64,000 nt of DNA from Rebecca billardiae RCC1528 (GCA_965240325.2 OZ251229.1:372001-436000); one strand, 5' to 3'. Numbered from the stretch's first letter, positions 46,501 to 58,952 are shown. A program made the numbers and translations. The notes: a model not told the origin generated them from the sequence alone.

Positions 46501-48927
46501 TGTGGTGCAGCGAGCAGTGCAGGGCCATCGTCGCCCGGCTGCTCGGCGCGGGCGACTCGTCGGACGCGACCCACGTGCGCGAGCTGCTCGAGCAGCTCGC
46601 GCGCCTCACGCCCGAGGGCATGTTCGCCGCGCTCGACACGAAGCACCGCGAGGCCGCTGCCGCGTGGCTGCCCGTGAAGGTGCGCGACGCGCTGCGGTGG
46701 CCCGCGCTGTGGTGCAGCGCGCCGTGCAGGGCCATCGTCGCCCGGCTGCTCGGCGCGGGCGACTCGTCGGACGCGACCCACGTGCGCGAGCTGCTCGAGC
46801 AGCTCGCGCGCCTCACGCCCGAGGGCGTGTTCGCCGCGCTCGACGCGAAGCACCGCGAGGCCGCGCGCGATGTGCTGTCCAAGAAGGTGCGCGACGCGCT
46901 GCGGTGGCCCGCGCTGTGGTGCAGCGAGCAGTGCAGGGCCATCGTCGCCCGGCTGCTCGGCGCGGGCGACTCGTCGGACGCGACCCACGTGCGCGAGCTG
47001 CTCGAGCAGCTCGCGCGCCTCACGCCCGAGGGCATGTTCGCCGCGCTCGACACGAAGCACCGCGAGGCCGCTGCCGCGTGGCTGCCCGTGAAGGTGCGCG
47101 ACGCGCTGCGGTCGCCCCCGCTGTGGTGCAGCGCGCCGTGCAGGGCCATCGTCGCCCGGCTGCTCGGCGCGGGCGACTCGTCGGACGCGACCCACGTGCG
47201 CGAGCTGCTCGAGCAGCTCGCGCGCCTCACGCCCGAGGGCATGTTCGCCGCGCTCGACGCGAAGCACCGCGAGGCCGCGCGCGATGTGCTGTCCAAGAAG
47301 GTGCGCGACGCGCTGCGGTGGCCCGCGCTGTGGTGCAGCGAGCAGTGCAGGGCCATCGTCGCCCGGCTGCTCGGCGCGGGCGACTCGTCGGACGCGACCC
47401 ACGTGCGCGAGCTGCTCGAGCAGCTCGCGCGCCTCACGCCCGAGGGCATGTTCGCCGCGCTCGACACGAAGCACCGCGAGGCCGCTGCCGCGTGGCTGCC
47501 CGTGAAGGTGCGCGACGCGCTGCGGTGGCCCCAGCTGTGGTGCAGCGAGCCGTGCAAGGCGATCGTCGCCCAGCTGCTCGGCGCGGGCGACTCGTCGGAC
47601 GCGACCCACGTGCGCGAGCTGCTCGAGCAGCTCGCGCGCCTCACGCCCGAGGGCGTGTTCGCCGCGCTCGACGCGAAGCACCGCGAGGCGGCGGGCGCGT
47701 GGCTGCCCGAGAAGGTGCGCGACGCGCTGCGGACGCCCCCGCTGTGGTGCAGCGCGCCGTGCAAGGCCATCGTCGCCCGGCTGCTCGGCGCGGGCGACTC
47801 GTCGGACGCGACCCACGTGCGCGAGCTGCTCGAGCAGCTCGCGCGCCTCACGCCCGAGGGCGTGCTCGCCGCGATCGTCGCGAAGCACGGCGAGGCCGCT
47901 GCCGCGTGGCTGCCCGTGAAGGTGCGCGACGCGCTGCGGTGGCCCCAGCTGTGGTGCAGCGAGCCGTGCAAGGCGATCGTCGCCCAGCTGCTCGGCGCGG
48001 GCGACTCGTCGGACGCGACCCACGTGCGCGAGCTGCTCGAGCAGCTCGCGCGCCTCACGCCCGAGGGCGTGCTCGCCGCGATCGTCGCGAAGCACGGCGA
48101 GGCCGCTGACTCGGTGCTGCCCAAGCAGGTGCGCCCCGCGCTGCTGAAGGGCAGCACGTGGAACACCAAGCAGAGGAAGGACATCGTGGCCGAGCTGCTC
48201 GGCGCGGATTGCGCGGCGGGCTCGGACGCGCGCGCGCTGCTGGTGCAGCTGTTGGCGCTGTCACCCTGCGCGGTGTTCAGTGTCCTGGCCCTCAAGTACG
48301 AGAAGGAGGTTACCGAGCTGCTGACCGTCAGGGTGCGGGCAGGGCTCCGCGCCACGAACGTATGGGTTCACGCGTCCTGCAAGGACCTTGTCTCCGAGCT
48401 GCTGCTCACCAGGGCGCCCGAGAAGGTGGCGCAGCTGGCTGCGTTGGTCAGCCCGACCGGCGCAGGCTCGGCACAGGGCGCGGACGTACGCATTCATCGC
48501 GTGCGTGCTCAGGAAGATCTGCTCGGGCTCGTTGGGCAGCGCAACGGCGACAATCGGTTCGCGTGCCCGGTCCCGGCGTGCAAGCAGGCATTCAAGGAGT
48601 TTAGCAAGTTGGAGGTGCGCGACGCGCGCGCGAGCCGCGCACGGGCGCTCGCGCAACCACTGCATCTCTTGGTCTGACTCGCCGCGTCTTCGCCCCCCCC
48701 CCCCCCCCCTCCACCCCACCCCCGCACTGGACCGCCACGCGCGATGCACTCGTCGGCGTTGTGCGCAGAGGCACCTGTTTAGCCATGTGGATGGGAAGCC
48801 AGGCCAATGCTGCGCGTGCGGCACCTTTTTTTCCCAAGTAGAGCATGCACTGGTGCGCGCACTGCACACGTGCGCGCCCGTGCTCGGCGGCCTGCGTCGC
48901 TACTGGCCTGTCATCTGCCGTCGCTGA
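34594..48927 (+). CDS. Giant modular protein (~4,550 aa as modelled): signal peptide, SPPP/Ala-rich tract, TM-like segments, LRGG-OTU-like, NLS, UDG-like, 69-aa repeats, C2H2 finger. Predicted exons 34594-34631, 34900-34986, 35246-48614, 48769-48927
   Basis: Spliced N-terminus MNLLVAILAISSGLGCGTA; the 13-kb frame is open; the last intron completes CPVPAC-x3-F-x5-L-E|R-HLFSH. The frame read across the SPPP tract is uncertain. Confidence 0.65.
35300..41280 (+). repeat. ~6-kb (Ser-Pro3)n-type coding repeat with higher-order duplications
   Basis: ccg ccg agc / ccc tcg units; reads as SPPP in one frame and AAAEP/AAAKP in another. Confidence 0.95.
41650..43025 (+). repeat. Internal in-frame duplications (588-bp offset, 42078 vs 42666) with 21-bp AAGGAV[IF] repeats
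   Basis: Near-identical blocks at DNA and protein level. Confidence 0.9.
43992..44190 (+). repeat. 42-bp (14-aa EAAGDGEAADVGMD) acidic tandem repeat, ~4.7 copies
   Basis: Direct repetition. Confidence 0.95.
45768..48405 (+). repeat. 207-bp (69-aa) coding tandem array: 11 full units plus 2 degenerate
   Basis: LARLTPEG starts at 45768, 45975 ... 48045, with an exact 207-bp period. Confidence 0.97.
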
Positions 48928-49479
48928 CACGCGAAGAGGGCGGCGCGGTTGGCCGCGCGCGTGCCGTGCGTGGCACATGCGCAGAAACACGCCAAGAAGT
49001 GCCAGAAGGCGACGTGCACGGCTACGACTACGACTACGACTACGACTGCATGATCATCGGGTTGATATTGTAATAATGGCGTGAGGCGAGCTGCCTGAGT
49101 CCAGCTGCCGGACACGCTCACGCAGGCACCCCCTGCGCAAGCTCTAGCTGCCGCGGAGCTGCCGCAGCCACCGCCTGGCTCATGGCTGCTCGGGCAGCCA
49201 CCGGCTCCGCACGCGGACAGTCGGCTACTACCGAGTATACAGCATATCACTGATTCTGTCATTGGTGGGCCACGACTGGCTGGCCCTGGCCATATCAGAT
49301 ATTATCCGCGGACGCCTATGTACATGCCTGACGGTCGGTTTCTCACTGCTACTTCCGGTCTCAGGGGGTCCTAAGCAGAGGTGGCCTAGGGCCGCTAGAG
49401 CGATATCCGCCGCCAACATTGACCCCCCGACACACGCGCACGCTCGACGGCACTGCCCGAGTGGCTCCGGAGACACTCG

Positions 49480-50885
49480 TCACGCCAGCCATTCGCGCGT
49501 CTCGGCGTCCTGCAGGTCGTACACGCACATGGCCGTCGGTGCCCGCTCGCGCTCGAACCTGACGGAGGCGATCTCGCCGCCAGTGAGCACGCCCACGATC
49601 GTGCCATAGACCCAGCTCCGCCGGGCCTCCTTGCCCTCGCACCCGCTGTGCAGCAGCGCGCGGACGTACTTGCCCTTGCTCACCGCGAGCGCGCGCCCCG
49701 GCGCGGCGCTCACGATGTTGGCGCGTGGGACTTTGACCGGCTCGGGGCCCGCAGCGATGCGCACCGTGACCGAGTCGTCCGAGACGGCATAGACGACGCC
49801 CGCCGAGCAGCCGCCGGCGACGAGGTTGAAGACGAAGCGCTCCCCGACCGCAGGCGGCTTGGCGATCAGCTTGTTCACCTTGTCGTCCTGCGCGAGAACG
49901 CTCTCATCCTGATCCTCCTCGTCCACGACGAGACACTCGTTGAGCATCTCGTCGTTATCCGGGCCAAACGGAAACATCGTGATCGGCTCCCAGCTCGCCG
50001 GCCAGTGCACCCCGTGCGTCGCGACCCAGCTCACCAGCACCTCGACCACGAGCCGCTCGCGCGTCGACTCGACGACACGCTTCACGACACGAGAGCCGTG
50101 CAGGCCGCGCACCTCATGCTCATCCTCGGCAGCCACGCGAGTCTTGGTCTTGGACTTCTTCCTCTTCTTGCTCGGCGGCTCGGACCCAGCCTCAGGGCTG
50201 CGCCTCGCCTTCGCCTGCGCGCACGTAGCCATAGTCGGCGCAGGTGGCGCGGCCGGCGCGCACGTGAGTTGTCGATCGCTCGTATCGCGCTGCCGCGCGG
50301 TCGGCGCGCACGGTGATAGCGCGCGCGCGCGCTCGCGGCCACACGCACCTCGGCGGCCGCCAGCAGCTGCTCATACGGGCAGTCGCGCGCCGGCTGCGCG
50401 TACTTCTCCTCGAGCAGCTTCGCCAGCGCGATCATCGCGTCCTCCTTCGACATTGACCACCTGGTCGGCGCCGACTTGTTCCCGTCGATCAGCACGAACA
50501 CCTGGATCTGATCGATCAGCTCCTTCGTCGTGCACTCGAGGCACTGCGACCACGAGCTGAAGCGCGTCGGCGCGACTTCCTCGCGGATGCGCGTCTCGCG
50601 GTCGGCCTTCGACTTCTCCGCCGCGTCGCGCCGCTCGATGCCGGCCTCGATCTCGGGCAAGATCTTGGCGAGATCCGCGCGCCACCGGCTCAGCTCGGTC
50701 GGGTAGATCGCGCGCTTGTACGCGCTGAGCTCCTTCGCGGCCTGCATCGCCACCGGTAGCAGCTTGGCCTCGAGCTCGTCCAGCGCCCACGTGCCCACCT
50801 TGTTGGCCGACGCCTTGACAAGGTGGCAGATGTTCGCGTTCGTCGGCGTGAGCGCTCGCTTGCGCTTCTCGGCCGCCATGCCCAT
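49480..50885 (-). CDS. Chromodomain plus two Tudor/Agenet-like domains, ~420 aa, intron 50215-50348; N-terminus resembles a transposase C-terminal tail
   Basis: HEVRGLHGSRV...EVLVSW...WPASWEP (chromo); VGERFVF..GVVYAV..SVTV and KGKYVRAL..WVYGTIVGV..ASVRFE (Tudor-like); KKRKK NLS; clean phase-0 intron. Confidence 0.65.
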
Positions 50886-50964
50886 CGGACGCTCGAGGCG
50901 AGACGGCGAGTAGCCGCGCGATCGCAGCCAGCGTGGGATCTCGCACGCCGCGCGGCACGCGGGG

Positions 50965-53900
50965 ATGAACAAGCGCGAGCTTCCGGAGGCGGAGGGGGCG
51001 GAGCCGCAGGCGAAGAAGCCCAAGGCGCAGAGCACCGCGGCCGCGACGTCACGGGCCGCTGGCTCTGCCAGCGCGGCAGGCGGCGGTGCGCCTGTCCGCG
51101 CTGCGGCTGACGGCGCGACGGCTGCCGCGCAGGCTGGCGCGAGCAGCGCCGTGCCCAAGGAAGCCGTGGCCGACGTGGTGGTGGAGAGCACTGCCGTGCG
51201 CTCCCCTACGGCATCCGCCAGGCCTCCCTCCGGGGCGAAGTCTCCCGCCGCCCTGGCGGTTCGCGACGGGTGCGCGCATGCGCGCCGCGCGCGTGCGGTG
51301 CACGCGCACAGCCGCTGCGCGCGCGTGGCATGCGGCTCGGCGCTGACGCGCGCGGGCGAGCGTCGCGCGCCACGCCATTGCCGACCGCCCTCGCCGCGCA
51401 GCAAGCTCACCAAGGACGAGCTCAAGGCGCTCAAGCTGCGGCACACGGCGATTTTCAAGGGCGCGGAGAAGATGAAGCGTGGCCTGAAGGAGTTGCTCAA
51501 CTCGCTGCTGGCGACGGAGCAGGCGGTGGTGGCGAAGACGCTGCAGCAGGCGGCGCGCGAGCGCACCAAGCAGGAGGCCGCCGCGCGCGCCACCGAGCGC
51601 AAGGCCGAGCGCGAGCGCGCGCGCGAGGCGGCGCGCGCGTGGGCAGAGCTCCAAAAGAAATATCCGATTCCGGATGAGCTGCTGGGCGCCGAGCCGCCGC
51701 TCGAGACGGCGCTGCCGGCGCGGCCGGCGCCGCGCGCGCGGATCGCGCTCGCGCCCGAGGCGCAGCACCTCGCGCCCGAGCTCCTCGCCGTCTGGGACTT
51801 CCTCTCCTCCTTCAAGCTCGCGCTCGGCGTCGAGCCGGTGCCGGCGGAGACGCTGCGCGCCGCGCTCGAGCACAGGGGTGCGCAGCCGCTGCCGCTGCTC
51901 GCGGAGGTGCACCTGCCGCTGCTCGCGCTGGTGATCGAGGAGGCGGCGGGGGTGCAGCGCGCCGCGGCGGCCGCGCGCGCGGGCGGCGCGCCGCCGCCCC
52001 GCAACGCGCTGCTGCCGCGCTCGAGCGCGCTGGCGCCCGAGGTGCGCGGCGCCGAGGGCGCGCACCAGCTGCCTGCGCACGCTGCGCTCGCGGCGGCGGC
52101 GGCCGGCGGCGGCGGTGGCGGGGCCGCGGGCGGGGCGGCGGGCGGGGCGGGCCCTCCGCCGCCGCTGCTCGTCGGCTGCGCCTCGTCGCTCGCTCTCACC
52201 GGCACGAGCTGGCCCGAGGTGCTGCGCGCGCTGCTGCGAGGCATCCTGCGCCCGCCGCCCGCCGCGGGCACGCTGTTGGGCGACGCGATTACCCAGCTGG
52301 GTACGCTCGAATACTCGATGCTGCCGTTCGAGCACAAGCTGGCGCTGCTGCGCGTGCTGGTGGACGCGGCGGTGGCGACGGAGCCGATGAGCTCGCTGAT
52401 GGCCGCGCACGCCGAGCGCCGCGCCGAGGTGCTCGCCGAGAACCGCCGCGAGCTCTCGACCCACGCCAAGCTGGCGGAGCTGTCGGACGGCGCGCTGGCC
52501 GACACGGCCGGCGGCGCCGCCGCGAGCAAGGCGCAGCAGCTGCGCCGCGCGCTGCCGTCGGACTCGAAGGTGGTGGTCGTCGGCCGTGGGCGCGGCCGCG
52601 GCCGCGGCCGCGGCGCAGGCCGCGGCGCAGGCCGCGGCAGAGGCCGCGGCCGCGCGGCCGCGCTCGCGGCCGACGACGACGGCGCCAGCTCTGTGGCCGG
52701 CACGGACGGCGGCGCGAGTGCCGTCGATCCGATGGACGTGGCGGGCGGCGGCGGCGGCGGCGCTGACACGGAGGGCGAGGGCGCGGCCGAGATCGCCGGC
52801 GCGCCCGCCGGCGCCGACGCCAAGCCCGCCGGCCCCGTGATCAAGCTCCTCCCCGCGCCGCCGCTTCCGGCGGTGTCGGACGACGAGGACGAGACGGATG
52901 GCGGTGGGTGCACGGACGCGGACGGCGCCGACGGTGAGGGCAGCGGCGGCGGCGACGACGACGACGCGCTCGCGCTCGGGCTGTCGCGCACGGAGCGCCT
53001 GCGGCTGAAGGACGAGCGCGAGGCGCGGCGCCGCGCCATCGCCAGCGTGCGAGAGCACAAGGAGCGCCGCCGCGCCGCCGCGGCCGAGGCGGCCGCCGAG
53101 CGCGCGGCCGCGTGCGACGCCCTTGAGAGGGCGATCGCTCTGAACGAGTCCGAGGCGCTGGAGGCGGCGCTGGAGAAGGCGCGCGGCGTGGGGCTGGAGT
53201 GGCGCGACGCGGAGGGCGCGCTGTGCCGCACCGAGCTGCTCCACGCCGCCGAGGTCGCGCACGCGCCCCTCCGCCGCCTCGACGAGCTCGACAATCTCGC
53301 GCGCGAGATGGAAGGCCGCTTGGCCGAGCTGCCGATGCGCTCGACGGTGCTCGGCGCGGACGCCGAGCACCGCCGCTACTGGCTCTTCGCGGCGGACCAG
53401 GGGAAGCTGTTCGTGGAGGAGGCGGACGGCGCGCCGCGGCCCGCGCAGCCCACCGCCGCGACCGCCGCCGCCGCGACCGCCGCCGCCGCCGCCGCGCGCG
53501 TGGGCATGAGCGCGCGCATCGCCGCGCGGCTGCAGCAGCAGGCGGTGGAGGAACAGGCCGCGGCCGCGGCCGCCGACGCGCCGCCGACGCGCTGGGCGTA
53601 CTACGAGTCGGTGGCGGAGGTGCGCGCGCTGATCGGCTCGCTCGACTCACGCGGCGTGCGCGAGCGCGCGCTGCGCCACGCGCTGCGCCGCATGCTCGGC
53701 GTCTTCAAGGCGACGATGCCCGCCGAGTCCGGGTTTCCGGACCCCGTGTCGGACGCCGAGCTCGCGGCCGACGGCTGGCAGGCGCACGGGCCGCACGTGG
53801 GCGAGCGCGCGCGCCGCGTCTTCGAGGAGTCCGTGTCGATCGGCACGGTGACGCGGTACCTGCCGCCCACCGCGGCCGAGCCCGCGCTGTGGCACATCTC

Positions 53901-55607
53901 CCACTTCGACGGCGACGAGGAGGACGTCGAGAAGGGCGAGCTCGAGGCGGCGCTCCGCGCGTACGCCGAGGCGGCGGCCGAGCCGGCCGCCGCGCCGCCG
54001 AGCAAGGCGCTGTGCGGTTACGTGAATCGGCTCGCGCGCGGGCGGCTCAACCCCAAGTCGCACCTGGGCGTGGCGGGCGTGCGCGCCGAGCTCGCCGCGG
54101 CCGAGTCCGCGCTGCGCGCCGGCCTGCGCAAGCGCGGCGCCGAGCGGGGCGAGCTGGACGAGGGCGCGCGCCGCTGCTGGCTGGACGCGCTCGGCGCGGC
54201 CGCCGGCGCATGCGATTTCGGCCCGCTCCTGCTCACGCTGGAGGAGATGGCGCGCGGCGCGCAGGCGATCGACGACCTGAGCGAGGAGGACGAGGCGGAG
54301 GGCGGCGAGCCCGGCGGCGCGGCGCCACCCGACGACGACCACCGCCGCTGGAAGCACGCGGGCCACGAGTTCCTCGGCAAGCGCGTGCGCCGCTTCTTCC
54401 ACGCCGACGCCGCGGCCGACGGCGGCGCGGGCGCGGACAGTGGCGCGGGCGCGGACTGCGGCGCGCAGGAGCCGTCGGACGGGCTGATCGACGGGTTCAC
54501 GCCGGCGACGCCGGGGCTGGAGGACGAGGAGCCCGCGCTGTGGCACGTGACGCACGACGACGGCGACGAGGAGGAGGTGGAGGAGTGGGAGGCGGTCGAG
54601 GGGATGGCGGCGTTCGAAGCGGCCGTGAGAGAGCCTCGCGCAGACGCAGACGTGGCGGAGTCGCGCCGGATCGCGGAGGAGCGGGCGGCGAGGGCGCGCG
54701 AGGACGCGCTGGAGGCGGCGCGGCTGCGCACGCTGCCGAGGCTGTGGCCGTCGCGGGGCGCGCGCGAGCGGTAAGCCCGCCCGCATCCCCCGCGCGCGCG
54801 TCCCGCCCCCAGCCTCGTCCCTCCTCGCGTCGTGCGCGAGCGCGCGATGGCGCACACGTCACACGCGCGCGCGCGCCGCACCGTTGACGGAGCACGCCCG
54901 CTCGGCCGGCCGCGGGCTGCGCGCTCCTCCGGCGCACGGCTGACGCGCCGGCCCCGGCGCGCGCGTGCCGCGCCGCGCGCAGCTGGCGCGCCGCCGCGTC
55001 GAGCGCGCGCACCCTCGCGCAGGTCTCCGTGTGCACGATGGCGCTGGTGGACCACTGCGCCGCGTTTGGCCTCTGCGCGCACTCGCCGGACCTGTGCAAG
55101 CTGGCGTGGGTCGCGTCGTTCACCCGTGAGCGCACTGCGCGCGCGCAAGACCCGCCGCGCGCGTGCCCGTCATGCGCGGCCGTGTGTGCGCCGCTCGCGG
55201 CTGCGCCCCCCGCTCGAGTGCGTGCGCACCGTGCGCACACGGCTCTCATGTCGCGCGCGAGGCGCCACACGCTCCGTCGCCCGCGCCACGCAGCCGCCGC
55301 GGCTGGCTCGTCGGCGGCGCCCAGTGAGCCGACCAAGCCGACCAAGCGAGGCGCGCGCACGGCCGCCGAGCTGGCGGCCCGGCTCGCGTGCTGGCAGTGC
55401 TTGCCACCGTCGGAGGTGGATGCTCCCGAGCCCGGGGGAAGGCGCGGGCCCAAGGTGAGCCGCGAGGCCGCCCTGGCCGCACTGGCCAACGCCGAGGCGG
55501 AGCAGATGAGCCGGCTGGCCGAGCTGTGCGTGCCGGCGCCCTTCATGTTCATGCTCAGCAGCGCGCCCGGAGCCAACGGCGGCGCGGCGGCTGTGGCTCG
55601 ACGCTGA
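50965..55607 (+). CDS. DDT-WHIM1/2/3 domain protein with two Tudor-like domains (BAZ1/ACF1/RLT-like ISWI partner); introns 51270-51401, 54771-54982 and probably 55126-55293
   Basis: DDT LLAVWDFLSSF..LLAEVHLPLL; WHIM1 YSMLPFEHKLALLRVLVD; WHIM2 LGADAEHRRYWLF; WHIM3 WAYY..LDSRGVRERAL; two copies of VG.R.RR.F..LWH..H.DGDEE. Confidence 0.85.
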
Positions 55608-56019
55608 TGCGCGAAAAGGATGCTGATGCTGCAGGCGAAACACGCAAACACGAGTTACGACCAGGGCTGCGAGTTTGTGATCACGTGCGCGTGATATTAC
55701 GGGCACGGCGTGAGCCGCCGTGATCACGTCAGTCGTCACGTGATCCGTCACGACTCACGTATACTCACGTGACGCCACGCCGGCCGTGGGCTTCGTCACG
55801 TGACGGTCCGGTACGGGTAGTCGACATGGGCCAGACCCGGACTGGTTTCTTATTAGAGATCGTCGTCGATCGTTAACTAGTATTAGTATTAGTATTAGTT
55901 ATTAGTTATTAGTCATTCGTCGCATTAGTATTATTATAATAAAAGTGTATTATAATATTTATTTATTATCTGTAGAGAGAGAGCCATCGGAGATAACTAC
56001 GGAGAGAGAGCGCGCTATC

Positions 56020-56121
<102 letters not shown>

Positions 56122-56745
56122 AATGCGCAATTTGTTTCCATATTTATATTCATATCTATATATGCAATGCAATGTTTCCATATATTGGCTCTAAAGATAT
56201 GCCTAAATGGGGCAAAACCAATTTGCGGGCCCGGGGCCGTAGGCCCGCCCCTTGCCTTTGCGTCCTTGCTCGGCTTGTACTGCCCGGCATAAATAGATTC
56301 ATCATTAAAAGAAAATAATGACACGTGATGGCATCATCGTCAAGTTTTTCAGTTGAACAAACTCCTGCGTCGCCGTCCTCTGACAGACTGGCTGATGATG
56401 CTCCGGGACCCCTGGGGCTGGGCCTGGCTGGCGGCCTCCCAACTCGTGATCGTCATTCGTCTACCGGACTTGTCGTAAGCTACCCTGCTATCATAACGCA
56501 CAATTAAAATATAGGGCTACGCTATGGTACGTTCAATTAACGTATTGTGCGTACGCGAGAAAATAGAAATCATACAGTTTACTAAGAATGAGAGATGCAC
56601 ATAATCATGCTGTTGGCATGGCATACCCCCGCCCCCTCTGGAGGCGGGCTGTCCACAGTGGTAAGTGGTATCAGGGCACTAGGTGTCTCGGTCAATCTGA
56701 CACTCCCCCCCTCCCCCGACTCCTCTACCGTATTGGCAATAAATG

Positions 56746-56839
56746 CTACAGTTTATTTGTTTTAACGTGCGTAAGGCTCACGGTGGCAGGTTGCCGCGCC
56801 ATCCTTCATCGCACGCTCTCCGAGAGAGACCTGGAAACT
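56746..56839 (-). repeat. Dispersed structured repeat, copy 4 (longest)
   Basis: Reverse complement of the 33520 copy, extending to agtttccagg as in the 16137 copy. Confidence 0.85.
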
Positions 56840-57210
56840 GGTTTAGTAGGACATTGTAACGTCGTGGCGTGCAACGGCCATTCGTCAAGAGTCAATAAAT
56901 TCCCCTATAACGGGCTCCGGGTTCCTGATCAGACTGGCGGCCGAAGCCTCCAGCCCTACCCTGGCCAGCCCCAGTAGCTGTAGATAGTATAGTATATCTA
57001 CTCGGCTCGCAGTTACAAAACCGTGCGTACAATCATTAAAGATCAGAGCTTCGGGTGATGACGAGTTGACGACCGGCGCGGGCGCCGGTCGGCGCGCGTT
57101 TTATTAGGCAGGCGCTCAAGTTACAAATAGACGAAATAGTGATTGTAGTCCAAATAGTCAATTAAGTCCATCACCCCGTCACCCGCGGGCGTGGCCGTGG
57201 CCCGTGCAAC

Positions 57211-58149
57211 ATGCTGTCGCGCGTGCAGGCCGTGTTGTTGGCAGGCGCGCTTCTCGCAGAGTCGTGCAGCGCCTCTCTTCCGAGCTGTTCCGGGTCGGTC
57301 GATAACGCTGAGCCGGATATCGATTGCAACAATGCCCCGTCGATCTCCATCACGAACGAGATGGTCGACTCTACACTGTCCACCAGCTCCCTCGCCGGGT
57401 TGAACGCGTACGGCAACGCCATCTTGAAGTTCGCAAACAATCGTGCTGAAGCGGTGGTGCTCACGCTCAACACGAGAGTTGCAGGCGACCCTGGTGAGTG
57501 CTGCATGCAGCACGCCGACGCCAGCACGCCGACGCTCGCTCCCATCCCCGTGCACATCCCCGTGCGGCGTGCAGCCACCTGCCCTCGCACATGGCTCGCG
57601 TCGCCGTGCTGACGCTGCAGCGCCCCGTACGTGCCCTGCGCAGCGGATTGCGCCATGGAGGTCATCAACGTCTTCCGGGACGCCGCACCAGGCTGCGACA
57701 ATGATGATGTGATGACTGCGGAGGATCCTGACCTGAATCCGGCAGACGAATGCCTGCCCACGCCACTGCGCAGGCGCCTTTTCAATACGCCGACAGCGTA
57801 TGCCGACTCCGCAGTGATCGAGAATGTGCAGCCAGGCGAGCTTCTCTGGATCGTCGTCGACATGGAGGAGAACTACGGTGGCTGCGGTCTGATGACTACG
57901 CCATACACGTATGCAACACGCACACTCAACCTGTGCTGCTCTGCAAGCACCTTGGCAGCTGGCAACGAGTGCGATCCCGACTTTGGCACCTCGGGGCAAC
58001 AGTGCGTGGAGGGTTGGACCGCGGCTTCCCCGCCGCCGCCTTCCCCGCCGCCGGCTCCCCCGCCTGCTACGTGGTCTTTCTGCAGCCAGTCTTCTTTGTG
58101 CGGCGTGTACTTCTCTGTGCGTCATCATGCTGCAGTGCGCCCGTCCTAG
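57211..58149 (+). CDS. Secreted Cys-containing protein with PPC-like beta-sandwich and short SPPP tail; intron 57494-57643, possible extra intron from 58117 ending the gene at 58321
   Basis: Signal peptide MLSRVQAVLLAGALLAESCSA; g|gtgagt...cgcag| joins two ORFs in frame; SAVIENVQPGELLWIVVD..Y..TLNL pattern. Confidence 0.6.
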
Positions 58150-58842
58150 TACACGGTTACTACCCCGGCATCTCATCCGCGCCCAGCCAGCGCGTTGTGC
58201 CATGACTGATAACAACCGCGCTTCCTTGGGTGCTGTGGCGTGTGCTGCGCCTGCCGCCGCTGCGCAGATCATAGCCCACATACTACGTCGTCTTCGGCTC
58301 TGGCTCTCGCAGGTGTGGTAATTGATGCACGGCGGACTGATGAGTGACAATGCCAATGGCCGTGAGTGGATGACGCAGTGTGAGAGTGGCTGGCCGAACG
58401 ACTTCTCATTATTCGACGACCGTGCCGCGCCGCGCAAACGCCCGGAAACGGCATAAAGCGCGACTGCTGATTTCATTCGCGCGCGCTATCGACGTTACTC
58501 ACTGTTGCTCATATCGGAGACGACAAACTGCTACAGTATTTACACTGCTGGTAACCGTATGACTGCCTACTATGACAGTATGGCACAGTCCGATATTCAG
58601 CGGCGTACGTACTTACTAGTAGTTACTAGTTACTAGTTACTACGTCTAATCATAATGAGTAGCGCAGTAATACGCTATACGTACTGTACCGTGTCGTCTA
58701 TACGTATTGCCCCATGAGTGGCATGACACGATTTGTGCACCGTCGGACATTCCGAGGCTGCTGTGAGATTCACGCCATCTGCTTGGGAATCGTCGACGGT
58801 TACGGGTAAGTAGTTTTGATATATTAATTTATTCCGATATCG

Positions 58843-58947
<105 letters not shown>

Positions 58948-58952
58948 GTGTG

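Noticed and set aside
45768-48251. True TALE, PPR or ankyrin repeats
   Set aside because: The unit is 69 aa and lacks their consensus beyond LTPE; treated as analogous, not homologous.
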